The notes beneath the pieces are model-generated. The model had not been told where the DNA came from and searched no databases. It worked only from the letters and a program-made list of their open reading frames with translations. This document shows positions 54,828 through 64,000 of a stretch of 64,000 nt of DNA, in pieces. Each line of letters opens with the position of its first letter. Within the stretch, counting starts at the first letter, position 1. The translations under genes were made by a program, and so were the position numbers. The stretch is taken from the NCBI GenBank assembly GCA_965242925.1, contig CBDEUM010000012.1, forward strand, positions 64,001 through 128,000, in the 5' to 3' direction. The DNA comes from Roseibacillus sp. GTDB taxonomy: Bacteria > Verrucomicrobiota > Verrucomicrobiia > Verrucomicrobiales > Akkermansiaceae.

Positions 54828-55448
54828 ATGCCCCGCGTACGTGATCCCAAACGGACCCGACGCAAGGTGCTGGAAGCCAGCTACCGCGAATTTTACCGGC
54901 ACGGGTTCCAGGGCGGGAGCATCAATCGCATCGTGACGGCAGCAGGTATCACCAAGGGTGCCCTGTTCCATCACTTTGCGGGCAAGAACGAGTTGGGTTA
55001 TGCCGTTCTGGACGAATTCCTCACCCCCGCTGTCAACAACTGGTGGGTGGAACCCCTGCACGATGCCGGAGATCCGGTTCAGGCGCTGCGCAACATCCTC
55101 AAGCGATTTCTCAAACGAATCGAGGAGGAGGATCCGGAGGCTGGCTTTCTCTTCAACGGTTGCCCGATCTGCAATTTAGCGGTGGAAATGTCTCCTCTCG
55201 ACGAAGGGTTCCGCGAACGTCTTGGCACCATCTACGACACCTGGCATTGTGCCATTTCCGAGGCACTGGAACGTGGCCAGGCAACTGCAGTGGTCCGGTC
55301 GGATATCAACCCGACTGCGGAAGCCTCCTTCCTCGTTTCCATCATGGCGGGCAGTGCCAGCGTGGGAAAGGTGACCCAGCAAATGGCATTCTTCCGAAAC
55401 TGCATCAAGGTCGCTCAAATCCACGTCGAGAGTCTGGTCCCGTCCTGA
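54828..55448 (+). CDS. TetR/AcrR family transcriptional regulator
   Basis: HTH FYRHGFQGGSINRIVTAAGITKGALFHHFAGKNEL; C-terminal GCPICNLAVEMS. Confidence 0.92.
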   Translation: MPRVRDPKRTRRKVLEASYREFYRHGFQGGSINRIVTAAGITKGALFHHFAGKNELGYAVLDEFLTPAVNNWWVEPLHDAGDPVQALRNILKRFLKRIEEEDPEAGFLFNGCPICNLAVEMSPLDEGFRERLGTIYDTWHCAISEALERGQATAVVRSDINPTAEASFLVSIMAGSASVGKVTQQMAFFRNCIKVAQIHVESLVPS

Positions 55449-55469
55449 CCGGGAAGGAAATGCCGGAAG

Positions 55470-57053
55470 CTACCGCACAAGTTTCTCAACCGCCTCGGCA
55501 CACTTCCGTCCGTCCAGGGCAGCCGATACGATCCCTCCGGCGTAACCCGCACCTTCACCACAGGGAAAGAGTCCGACCACTCCCGGGTGTTGCAGGCTTG
55601 AGGCGTCCCGCGGAATACGCACCGGAGAGCTGCTTCGGGTCTCGAAACCCACCAGAAGGGCCTCCTCACTGAGATAGCCCTTCATCGACTTACCGAAGCG
55701 ACGCAACCCCTCCCGCAATCGAAGACCGATGAATTCCGGCAGGAGCTCTTCCAACCGGGCAGATCGCACCCCGGGATAGTAACTCGTCCCGGGCAGATTC
55801 TCAGACTCGCGCCTCTTGAGGAAATCCACCAGCCGCTGCGCGGGCGCAACTTGCCCTCCTCCCCCCGCTTTCTTGGCGGATTTCTCCACTTCCCGTTGCA
55901 GGGCCGGGCCAGCCAGCACTCCATGTTCGGCTCTCCAGGGAACGGTGTCTTCAGGCTCGATCCCGACCACGATCCCGCTGTTAGCATAGGGCGAGTCCCG
56001 CCGCGAGAGTGACATGCCGTTCACCACCACCTCGTCGTTGGCAGTGGCACAGGGCACGATGAAGCCCCCGGGGCACATGCAGAACGAGTGCACGCTGCGA
56101 CCCTCCACCGTAGTGGCAAGCCGGTAGCGGGCAGCAGGAAGCGCCCCGGAGCGTTCCCTGCCGAGGTCGAGATGATACTGAATGCTGTCGATGAGCGGTT
56201 GAGGATGCTCGATACGCACTCCCATCGCGAAGGCCTTCTGTTCCAGAGACACCGCGTGTCGCAGCAGGAGGAGGTAGATGTCCCGGGCCGAATGTCCGGT
56301 CGCAAGGATCACACCCTCGCCACGAAACTCACGCCCGTCCGCCGTGGTCACTCCCTCCAGACGCGACCCGGCATCGTCGAGAATGAGTTCTTCCACTCTG
56401 CTCTGGAAATGCACCTCACCCCCTGCCGCCAGGATGGTCTCCCGCAATGCCTTCACCACCTTCGGGAGAAGGTTCGAGCCAATGTGGGGATGCGCCTCGG
56501 TGAGAATCCCTGTGGGAGCCCCGTGAGCGACCAGAATCTCGTAGATCTCGCGCACCGGCCCGCGCTTGGTTGCACGGGTATAGAGCTTCCCGTCCGAAAA
56601 GGCACCCGCCCCGCCCTCTCCGAAGCAGTAATTCGAATCCTCGATCACGCGCCCCTCGCGCAGAACAGGGGCAAGATCAAAGCGCCGGGCGGATACATCC
56701 TTACCCTGTTCCAGGATGATCGGGCACAGGCCCAGTTGAATACAACGGAGGGCTGCAAAGATTCCTGCGGGTCCGCAACCCACGATCACAACCCGTCTGG
56801 CCTGCGGGGAAAGGACCGAAAAAGAAGGCGGAGCCGGTTTCTCCGGCCGCAACGGAGAATCGATCCCCACCAGCAGCCGAAGGCGAAAACGAACAGGCGC
56901 CTTGCGGGCATCGACGGACCTCTTGAGCAGTTCCACGCTCGCCACCCGGGCCGGCGGAAAATTCAACCTCCGGGCCACCGCCCGACGCCAGGCCTCCTGA
57001 TCGTCCCCCTTGTCGACAGCGAGAGTGATATCAACTTCGCACGAATCTCCCAT
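55470..57053 (-). CDS. NAD(P)/FAD-dependent oxidoreductase (uncharacterized FAD-dependent dehydrogenase family)
   Basis: GCGPAG, FGEGGAGAFSDGKL, ATGHSARD, FCMCPGG, GEGAGYAGGIVSAALDG. Confidence 0.9.
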   Translation of the reverse strand: MGDSCEVDITLAVDKGDDQEAWRRAVARRLNFPPARVASVELLKRSVDARKAPVRFRLRLLVGIDSPLRPEKPAPPSFSVLSPQARRVVIVGCGPAGIFAALRCIQLGLCPIILEQGKDVSARRFDLAPVLREGRVIEDSNYCFGEGGAGAFSDGKLYTRATKRGPVREIYEILVAHGAPTGILTEAHPHIGSNLLPKVVKALRETILAAGGEVHFQSRVEELILDDAGSRLEGVTTADGREFRGEGVILATGHSARDIYLLLLRHAVSLEQKAFAMGVRIEHPQPLIDSIQYHLDLGRERSGALPAARYRLATTVEGRSVHSFCMCPGGFIVPCATANDEVVVNGMSLSRRDSPYANSGIVVGIEPEDTVPWRAEHGVLAGPALQREVEKSAKKAGGGGQVAPAQRLVDFLKRRESENLPGTSYYPGVRSARLEELLPEFIGLRLREGLRRFGKSMKGYLSEEALLVGFETRSSSPVRIPRDASSLQHPGVVGLFPCGEGAGYAGGIVSAALDGRKCAEAVEKLVR

Positions 57054-57057
57054 CGCC

Positions 57058-57408
57058 TCACATCCCGATCACCGCCTTCTCCCCGTTCTCATCCACGTTC
57101 ACGAAGGTGACCCGGGTAGTGAAAATGGGGTCGCCATCGCCTGCCTTGCCGAGGCACACCGTCACTTCATAGGTGACCGAGGTCGATCCCGCCTGTTGTT
57201 TCTCAGATCGGATGGAGAGAATCGTCCCATCGCGCACACTGTGACGGAAGACCACCTCATCCATCCCGATCGTGACAAAGCGGCAGGCCGGAAAATCGAG
57301 ACTGGCGGCGATCCAGCTCGCCTCGTCAACCCAGCGCAGCAGACGCCCGCCGAAGAGAAACCCATAGTGGTTGAGATCCTCGGGAAGAACGAGACGATAC
57401 GTTTCCAT
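57058..57408 (-). CDS. Acyl-CoA thioesterase (hotdog fold)
   Basis: VLPEDLNHYGFLFGGRLLRWVDE, TFVNVDENG. Confidence 0.9.
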   Translation of the reverse strand: METYRLVLPEDLNHYGFLFGGRLLRWVDEASWIAASLDFPACRFVTIGMDEVVFRHSVRDGTILSIRSEKQQAGSTSVTYEVTVCLGKAGDGDPIFTTRVTFVNVDENGEKAVIGM

Positions 57409-57471
57409 TCGGTTGCGAAAGGCTCCTACTTTTTGGTCCCTGTTCCGCCACGCAAAGGCGATTTCGAAGCT

Positions 57472-57924
57472 TCAGGAGACTGGCCGGATGAGGATGCGTT
57501 TGAGGCGCTCATCGCTCCTCGGCGAAACAGTCTCCACCTCATCGTCATCGACCAGGGCATTGTGCACGATCCGACGGTGGTAGGCATTGAGGGGCCGCAT
57601 CTTCATTGATTTTCCGCTGTCCTTTGCCTGGTCGGCCAGTTCCCGCGCGGTGGTGATAAGTTTTTCCTCCTGGCGCACGCGGAAATGATCGCAGTCGATC
57701 CGGATACGGGGCGGATCCTGCATCTTCTTCTGCAGGATCCGATTGACGAGATACTGCAGGTCGTCGAGTCGATCCCCGTGCTTGCCGATGAGGAGACCGC
57801 TCTCCTCGGTAAGAACCTGCAGGCAGGCCCCTTCCTGGCTTTCTTCCTCCTCGATGGTCACCTCATACCCAAGATGAGTAACCATTGACTCAAGAATCTG
57901 GTGGGCTTCGGAGAGAGCTTCCAT
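57472..57924 (-). CDS. jag: Jag/KhpB-like RNA-binding protein (KH + R3H)
   Basis: GLLIGKHG..LDDLQYLVN and RRIVH motifs; located after yidC. Confidence 0.88.
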   Translation of the reverse strand: MEALSEAHQILESMVTHLGYEVTIEEEESQEGACLQVLTEESGLLIGKHGDRLDDLQYLVNRILQKKMQDPPRIRIDCDHFRVRQEEKLITTARELADQAKDSGKSMKMRPLNAYHRRIVHNALVDDDEVETVSPRSDERLKRILIRPVS

Positions 57925-58016
57925 GGGGACAGCTTAGGAGGAGGGGCCGCCCGGTCAAGCCGGGTGTCGCGCTTCTCCCGCCCGGAGTCCCATCAAGCCC
58001 TGCACGCGGGGCACTC

Positions 58017-59903
58017 TTATCCTCCCGTCCGTGGGCCGCGTTTCTTGGGCTTCTTGGGTCCGGGTCCACCCATCTGCTTCGCGCGCATCTCCTTCTGTGT
58101 CTTCTGGGCCACCTCGGCGCGCTCCTGGAGCCGCTGGAAGAATCCCTTCTTCTTCCCTCCCTTCTTCTTGAGTTCCGGTTCCGGCAGGCGCCGGGTGATC
58201 AGCATTTGCACGATCGCGAAGATATTGGAGGTGGTCCAGTAGAGCGCCAGAGCGGAGGCAAAATTGTAGCAGAAGAAGAAGAAGATAATGGGCATCATCA
58301 TGAAGAGACGCCGTTGCATCTTATCACCCGTCTTGGGCGTGAGGGCCATCTGCAGCACCATCGTGACCGCCATCACGGTGGGAAGGAGGTTCACCCCATC
58401 CCCGAGAAAGGGCAGTGAAAAGGGCAAGGTGGCCACCGTGTCCGGAAGGGCAAGGTCCTCAACCCAGAGGAACGATTGCTGGCGAAGCTCCACTGCATAC
58501 TGCAGCATGATGTAGAAACCGAAAAAGATGGGGATCTGCACCAGCAGGGGCAGGCACCCACCCAGCGGGTTGATTCCGTACTCCCGGTACATCTTCATCA
58601 TCTCCTGGTTCATGCGCCCGGGATCGTCGGCATACTTCTCGCGAAGTTCCTTCATTTCCGGCTGCAGCTTGGACATGCGCTTCATGGCGCGAGTCGACTT
58701 GTTCTGCAGAGGCCACATGACAGCCCGGATGATGATAGTGAGTGTCACAATGGCAAAACCCCACCCCCAGGCATCGAACATCTTGGAGAACAGTCCCGAA
58801 AAGAGCCCGTTCAGGAGCCAGCTAAGAACATAGCTGATCCCCCCGAAAATGCCGTAATTCATCACCTCCCCATAGTCCTCACCGATCTTGCGCAGCAGGA
58901 GGTTATCCTTGGGACCGAGGTAGAGATTGAAGGTCAATGACTCCTTGTTGTCCCCCTTCACACTGAGGGTCTCCTCCGGCAGGCTCATCCCCATCCGAAT
59001 AGCTTCCCCGGACCCACCACCAGCGATCTCGGGCAACTGAACCGCCCGACGGTCCCCCCAGATCCAGGCGTCGTAGGCGGTTTCGGGCTCGATAATGGTG
59101 GCAAAGAACTGGTTGCTTACTCCCGCAAAACCAAGGATGCCCCCGTCCCCCCTGAAGGGAGGCTTCTTCCCCTTCTTGAACTTGAGGACCCGTCGCTTCT
59201 TGTAGTCCCCGTCCTTTTGATAAAAGAGGGTGATGTGGCGATCCCATTCCCCCTTCCAGAGCGGAGCAGCCGACCCAGCAAAGAGGCCGTAATCACTTAA
59301 CTGGACCGGGTTCTCGCCGTGATTTTCAAATTCCAGATCGAGCTTGAGCCTGTAGGACTGACCTGCCACTTCATTCTCTTCGAGGGTCCATCGCTTCCTG
59401 ATGATGAGCCCGCCCTTCGTCTGGCCTATGAAGGAAATGCTGTTTGAGGTATCGCGCTCTTTCTCGTGCCGATAAACGATATCCAGATACTCGTCCACCC
59501 CGCTGGTCAGGCGGCCGACAGGCTGAGGCTCATCCTTGTTGAGGCTCACCAGGTTCTCCTTGTCCTTCACGGCATACTGGCCGCTGATCTCGGCATGCTT
59601 GATCCCCCCCCCAAAGGTGGTGAAGGTATAGACGACATCCCCGGACCTCAGGATCGGCGTCTCTTCTTCCACCACCGGATCGGGTTCGGGTTCCAGCGGC
59701 GTTACCAACGGTTCCTCTGTCTCTTCAGACTGGGGATCTCCCTCGGGCCCCTTCTCCTTTTCTTCAGCCGCCTGCGCCTGCTCGGCCTCTTTCCGCTCGC
59801 GCTCCTGCTCCAGCAGAGTCTCGCGGTTCTTCCCACTGAAATACAGATTTACGGCCAACCCCAGGCAGCACAACACGATGACGATCCAAGCCTTACGATC
59901 CAA
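58017..59903 (-). CDS. yidC: Membrane protein insertase YidC
   Basis: WGFAIVTLTIIIR, LQPEMKELREKY, NPLGGCLPLLVQIPIF, LYWTTSN; TTG start. Confidence 0.97.
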   Translation of the reverse strand: MDRKAWIVIVLCCLGLAVNLYFSGKNRETLLEQERERKEAEQAQAAEEKEKGPEGDPQSEETEEPLVTPLEPEPDPVVEEETPILRSGDVVYTFTTFGGGIKHAEISGQYAVKDKENLVSLNKDEPQPVGRLTSGVDEYLDIVYRHEKERDTSNSISFIGQTKGGLIIRKRWTLEENEVAGQSYRLKLDLEFENHGENPVQLSDYGLFAGSAAPLWKGEWDRHITLFYQKDGDYKKRRVLKFKKGKKPPFRGDGGILGFAGVSNQFFATIIEPETAYDAWIWGDRRAVQLPEIAGGGSGEAIRMGMSLPEETLSVKGDNKESLTFNLYLGPKDNLLLRKIGEDYGEVMNYGIFGGISYVLSWLLNGLFSGLFSKMFDAWGWGFAIVTLTIIIRAVMWPLQNKSTRAMKRMSKLQPEMKELREKYADDPGRMNQEMMKMYREYGINPLGGCLPLLVQIPIFFGFYIMLQYAVELRQQSFLWVEDLALPDTVATLPFSLPFLGDGVNLLPTVMAVTMVLQMALTPKTGDKMQRRLFMMMPIIFFFFCYNFASALALYWTTSNIFAIVQMLITRRLPEPELKKKGGKKKGFFQRLQERAEVAQKTQKEMRAKQMGGPGPKKPKKRGPRTGG

Positions 59904-59918
59904 AACGAGAGTCCTTTG

Positions 59919-60236
59919 CTACTTGAGGTGGGGTTCAGAGTCGAGAACGGAAGGGCGGGGACGGGATTCACCGGAGCGGGTACTGCCAGAGTCTATCGCA
60001 TCCACCACGACCGGCGGAACGGGGTCATACCCACAGCCCCCCCACGGATGACAGCGCAAAATTCTGCAAATCCCCAACCAGCTCCCCTTGAATGATCCAT
60101 GCCGCTCCACTGCCTCCAGGAAGTAATGCGAGCAACTGGGATCATAGCGGCAGTTCGCTCCCCCTGAAACAGCATGCAAAACCGGACGCAGAAACTTCTG
60201 GTAACCACGAATGCCGATCCGAATGACGCACTTCAT
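59919..60236 (-). CDS. yidD: Membrane protein insertion efficiency factor YidD
   Basis: [27 protein letters not shown]; start at ATG 60236. Confidence 0.95.
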   Translation of the reverse strand: MKCVIRIGIRGYQKFLRPVLHAVSGGANCRYDPSCSHYFLEAVERHGSFKGSWLGICRILRCHPWGGCGYDPVPPVVVDAIDSGSTRSGESRPRPSVLDSEPHLK

Positions 60237-60255
60237 CTGATTCTCGAGTTCCCCC

Positions 60256-60633
60256 TCAATCCGGGTTCTGTTCCATAGGCTGATCCTCCTGCAGGATACC
60301 AAGCCGCCGGGCCAAACGCAGCCAGTCGGCCTCCAGTTCCTGAAAGCTGGCTTCACCAGCCTTGCGGCGGGCGACCATGACAAGATACCGTCCGGATTCC
60401 AGTTTGTCACCGTGGTTGATCAGGATGGCCCGCAGGTGCCGACGAATCCGGTTACGATCCACTGCTCTCCGGGCAGCCCGACGGGAGGTGATCAGGCCGA
60501 ACTTGATAATCCCTGAATGGGAATGAGGCAGGGTCGCCATGACGAAATTGCGGGTGGCCAGAGACTCCCCGCTCTTCCTCACCGCGGCGAATTCTTCGCG
60601 CCGCGTCATGCTCAATCGGCGCGGCAGTCGCAT
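60256..60633 (-). CDS. rnpA: Ribonuclease P protein component
   Basis: [17 protein letters not shown] (RNR motif); operon position. Confidence 0.93.
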   Translation of the reverse strand: MRLPRRLSMTRREEFAAVRKSGESLATRNFVMATLPHSHSGIIKFGLITSRRAARRAVDRNRIRRHLRAILINHGDKLESGRYLVMVARRKAGEASFQELEADWLRLARRLGILQEDQPMEQNPD

Positions 60634-60684
60634 GATTTCAGGGCGGACATGGCCCCGGTGCGGGCTCTCGGCCCGGACGGACCG

Positions 60685-60870
60685 TTACTTCCCGTGCTGA
60701 ACGGTGTGACGCTTGTATGGCAGTTCCGCCCCCTTGGGCAGCAGGCGCTTACGGCCCCTCTGGCGGCGACGCTTGAGAATGCCCCGACCTGCCTTGGTGG
60801 CCATGCGAGCCCGGAAGCCGTGTTGGCGCTTGCGGACACGTTTGGAGGGTTGATATGTACGCTTGCTCAT
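60685..60870 (-). CDS. rpmH: 50S ribosomal protein L34 (with C-terminal extension)
   Basis: [36 protein letters not shown]. Confidence 0.97.
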   Translation of the reverse strand: MSKRTYQPSKRVRKRQHGFRARMATKAGRGILKRRRQRGRKRLLPKGAELPYKRHTVQHGK

Positions 60871-60916
60871 GGTTTTCAGGCGGTTCTGGGGCTGAGAACG
60901 CTACCGGGGGGGCGGG

Positions 60917-60944
60917 AGACTATCTGCAGTTCCCCATTTGTCAA
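60917..60944 (-). promoter_or_regulatory. Sigma70 promoter of the rpmH operon
   Basis: Minus strand TTGACA-N16-TAGTCT, ending 46 nt upstream of the rpmH ATG. Confidence 0.7.
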
Positions 60945-61134
60945 TGCGTCAGGAGACTTTCCGGCTTCAAAACACCAAAAAAACCTGCCCCGGGTCCATC
61001 CCCTGTTAGCGATGGACAAATTCTCCCGAGACTCCCCGATCAAAGCTCCGTCCCGGGGGGCCGGGCGAGAAATCCCGATTGGTGGAAGAAGCAGGCCGCA
61101 GGCCGGCAACCCTGGCGAACATTACGCGTCCCGG

Positions 61135-62334
61135 TCACTCCTCCCTGAGGAAGCGACAGGCCTGTTCCAGGTCCTTATCACCACGTCCCGAGAGGTTTGC
61201 TATGATCACATCGCTCGCCGGTAGTTGCGGAGCGACCTTTGCAACATAGGCAATGGCATGAGCGCTCTCCAGAGCCGGGATGATTCCCTCGATCTCGGAA
61301 AGTTCCTTGAACCCGGCCAGCGCCTCGTCATCGGTGGCATAGGTGTATTCAACCCGTCCAAGTTCCTTGAGGAAAGCGTGCTCGGGACCCACCGCGGCGT
61401 AGTCCAGTCCGGCACTCACGGAATGAGTAAGCTCTATTTGTCCGTCATCATCCGCCAGGAGCCAGGTCTTGGTCCCCTGCAGGACACCCAGTTTTCCACC
61501 CTGAAAACGCGCGGCATGTTTCTCGGGCAGAATCCCCTCCCCGCCCGCTTCCACCCCCACCATGCGGACCTCCTCGTCCTCCAGGAAGGGATGAAAAAGC
61601 CCGATTGCATTGGACCCCCCCCCAACACAGGCGACCAGAAGATCGGGCAGGCGGCCTTCCTTGGCCAGAATCTGCTCGCGGGCCTCCCGGCCGATCACCC
61701 GGTGAAAATCCCTCACCATCATGGGAAATGGATGAGAGCCCAGGGCCGAGCCGAGAATGTAGTGCGTGTTCTCCACGGTCGCGGTCCAGTCACGCATTGC
61801 CTCGCTCACCGCCTCCTTGAGGGTGGCCTGGCCCGCGCTGACAGGAACCACTTTGGCCCCGAGCAGTTCCATGCGCTGCACATTGGGCGCCTGCCGCTCC
61901 ATGTCGACCCGCCCCATGTAAACGGTACAGTCAAGTCCGAACCTGGCGCACACCGTGGCGGTGGCCACCCCGTGCTGCCCGGCACCAGTTTCTGCGATAA
62001 TGCGCTTCTTACCCAGCCGCCTTGCCATGAGCGCCTGACCGATTGCGTTATTGATCTTGTGGGCCCCGGTGTGAAGGAGATCCTCCCGTTTGAGGTACAC
62101 CTTTGCCCCGCCCATCATCTCACTCCACCGTCGAGCGTGGTAAAGCGGAGTGGGCCGCCCGCAGTAATCCGTCAGGAGGGACTCGAATTCACGCTGAAAT
62201 TCGTCGTCGACCCGCGCCCGTTCATACTCCTCCGCCAGTTCCTGCAGAGGCGCCATCAGGGTCTCCGGCACGAACATGCCGCCATACTGCCCAAAGTGAC
62301 CGGTGGCGTCCGGGACGGATGGGAGCGAGCTCAT
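61135..62334 (-). CDS. trpB: Tryptophan synthase beta chain
   Basis: [50 protein letters not shown]. Confidence 0.98.
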   Translation of the reverse strand: MSSLPSVPDATGHFGQYGGMFVPETLMAPLQELAEEYERARVDDEFQREFESLLTDYCGRPTPLYHARRWSEMMGGAKVYLKREDLLHTGAHKINNAIGQALMARRLGKKRIIAETGAGQHGVATATVCARFGLDCTVYMGRVDMERQAPNVQRMELLGAKVVPVSAGQATLKEAVSEAMRDWTATVENTHYILGSALGSHPFPMMVRDFHRVIGREAREQILAKEGRLPDLLVACVGGGSNAIGLFHPFLEDEEVRMVGVEAGGEGILPEKHAARFQGGKLGVLQGTKTWLLADDDGQIELTHSVSAGLDYAAVGPEHAFLKELGRVEYTYATDDEALAGFKELSEIEGIIPALESAHAIAYVAKVAPQLPASDVIIANLSGRGDKDLEQACRFLREE

Positions 62335-62401
62335 GATGGAAGCGTGCCGCGGCAGATCAAAAAGTCAAAGGTGGAAACTTCCACGGGGACCCGGGCTCCG
62401 C

Positions 62402-63070
62402 TTATCTCGTGTCGGAGTCACTCCGCGACCCCTCCAGAAACTCCTCCACGAAGACGTTGCCTTGAAAATCATCATCGTTCTCCAGGCAGTGGACCGGGAC
62501 AGTGAGAAACTCGTTCAGGATACGACGATTGGTAGTCATTGCTACATGATGTTCCTCGGTCAGGTGGTTGAGAATCACCGCCAAAATCTCCAGGCCCCGA
62601 TCCTGAATGGCACGCTCCGTCAGAAGAGTGTGATTGAGTGCTCCCAGGCGGTTGGCGGCCACCAGGATGACCGGCCACCCGAGAGCCTGGGCCAGATCAG
62701 AAAAAGTCTCCGTCCTGGTCATGGGCACTTCCCACCCTCCGACACCCTCCATCAGGAGAACGTCATGGCGCTCCGCCAGGGCCTCGGCATGGGCCTGGAT
62801 TTCGTCCAGACTCACCGGCTTACCCTCAAGTTCAGCCGCTACCGCAGGCGTGACCGGAGCCTGGTACCAGATCGGGTTGAGCGCCTCAATGGGCTCCGCA
62901 TTTTCCGAGGCGGCCACCAGCAGTTCCGCATCAGTCCGTTCACCACAGCACACCGACTTGTAACCCACCGCGTCCACCCCCGCTTTCCGCAGTGCGCGCA
63001 CAAGCTGGCAGGTGACGTAGGTCTTGCCGACTCCTGTGTCTGTCCCGGTGACAAGAAAGGCATTTGGCAT
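62402..63070 (-). CDS. bioD: Dethiobiotin synthase
   Basis: VTGTDTGVGKT, EGVGG, LGALNHTLLT. Confidence 0.95.
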   Translation of the reverse strand: MPNAFLVTGTDTGVGKTYVTCQLVRALRKAGVDAVGYKSVCCGERTDAELLVAASENAEPIEALNPIWYQAPVTPAVAAELEGKPVSLDEIQAHAEALAERHDVLLMEGVGGWEVPMTRTETFSDLAQALGWPVILVAANRLGALNHTLLTERAIQDRGLEILAVILNHLTEEHHVAMTTNRRILNEFLTVPVHCLENDDDFQGNVFVEEFLEGSRSDSDTR

Positions 63071-63166
63071 GGCTGAGGTGAATTTGTGGAGTGAAAACGG
63101 GGAGAGGTCGGAAGCAGTCCGGGTTCGATGCGGTGCGCCCTGATCCCTTCGCGCACCAGGCGGAGG

Positions 63167-63319
63167 TCAATCCCGGGTCTCCTCGACCGGGTCGCCCATG
63201 ACGGCGTCGTTCTTCTGGTATCCGTTAATCAGAAACCAGAGAGCGATCGCTGCCAGGAGCGACGCTATCTTGGGTATCCAATTGTTCCGGAACAACCTCT
63301 TCAGTAGCCTCTTGTTCAT
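63167..63319 (-). CDS. Small single-TM protein resembling the CdaR/YbbR N-terminal anchor
   Basis: MNKRLLKRLFRNNWIPKIASLLAAIALWFLI (NNW..K..SL..A..LW pattern) overlapping the 3' end of cdaA. Confidence 0.6.
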   Translation of the reverse strand: MNKRLLKRLFRNNWIPKIASLLAAIALWFLINGYQKNDAVMGDPVEETRD

Positions 63320-64000
63320 CACTATCGCCTTCCCTGTCGCTGAGGAAAATTTCTTCCAGCCGGTCACGGAACCCATCTTCGTCCATGTTTCTCTCGATCC
63401 TGCCGTCCACACATATGGAGACCGCTCCCGTTTCTTCACTCACCACGATGCTCACCGCATCGCTCTCTTCGGTGAGTCCGATCGCAGCCCGATGACGCAG
63501 TCCCATGGAACGATCTCCGATCTCGGTCTGGCTCACCGAAAAGACGCAGGATGCTGCCACGATGCGCTCGCCGGAGAGGACCACACCCCCATCATGCAGG
63601 GCCGTTTTGGGATGGAAAATGGTGAGCGCCAGCTCGGAACTCAGATCCCCGTTGATCTTCACCCCTGTTTCGATCTGATCCTTGAGATCGATACTCCGCT
63701 CAATGGCGAAGAGGGCCCCATAGCGCTTCTTGGAAAGCTGCCACACCGCATCCGCCACACTACTGAGAAACTCCTCCTGCTGGGTAATGTTGAAGGACCA
63801 CAGCCGGGAGCTCCCCAGACGGGCCAGAGCCATCCGCAATTCAGGCTGAAAAATGATCAGGAGAGCGAGGGCGGCCACCACTGCAACCCGCGTGATAATG
63901 AATTGCATCACCTCCAACTGGAGAAGTTGGGACGCAAGGGTAAGAGCCACGAAAATCATGGCCAGGCCCACCAGGATACGCGCTCCGCGGGTGGCCCGGA
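63225..64000 (-). CDS. cdaA: Diadenylate cyclase CdaA (5' end outside window)
   Basis: TM helices, IIFQPELR, LHDGG, GLRHRAA, VVSEETG. The frame stays open to the window edge. Confidence 0.93.
   Translation of the reverse strand, partial: RATRGARILVGLAMIFVALTLASQLLQLEVMQFIITRVAVVAALALLIIFQPELRMALARLGSSRLWSFNITQQEEFLSSVADAVWQLSKKRYGALFAIERSIDLKDQIETGVKINGDLSSELALTIFHPKTALHDGGVVLSGERIVAASCVFSVSQTEIGDRSMGLRHRAAIGLTEESDAVSIVVSEETGAVSICVDGRIERNMDEDGFRDRLEEIFLSDREGDSDEQEATEEVVPEQLDTQDSVAPGSDRSLVSD

Overview
A GC-rich bacterial chromosome segment whose gene content points to a Verrucomicrobiota (PVC superphylum) organism: PVC-type heme proteins, two PSD1/DUF1553 + DUF1501 pairs, CotH/lamin-tail proteins and an SHD1 domain. 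The taxonomy is inferred from gene families only. Most of the window (1-55 kb) encodes secreted or periplasmic accessory proteins. The right end is housekeeping: cdaA, bioD, trpB and rpmH-rnpA-yidD-yidC-jag. The main hidden signal is two genes that the ORF track splits at an in-frame TGA. Each TGA is followed 11 nt later by a SECIS-like hairpin with an apical GU, so both look like exported selenoproteins: (i) a signal peptide + thioredoxin-fold (U-G-S-C) + SHD1 protein at 168-845; (ii) a ~1350-aa lipoprotein with FG-GAP/ASPIC-UnbV, CxxC redoxin and TPR domains at 24014-28069, where the Sec lies outside any CxxC motif. Other notable structure: a tandem pair of mosaic, domain-shuffled surface proteins sharing near-identical blocks, terminators and a conserved ~300-bp upstream region; two frameshifted large genes; an internally deleted L,D-transpeptidase relic; a shared C-terminal domain on secreted proteins; and an anchor-only CdaR-like peptide overlapping cdaA. 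No rRNA, tRNA, CRISPR array or transposase was recognised.
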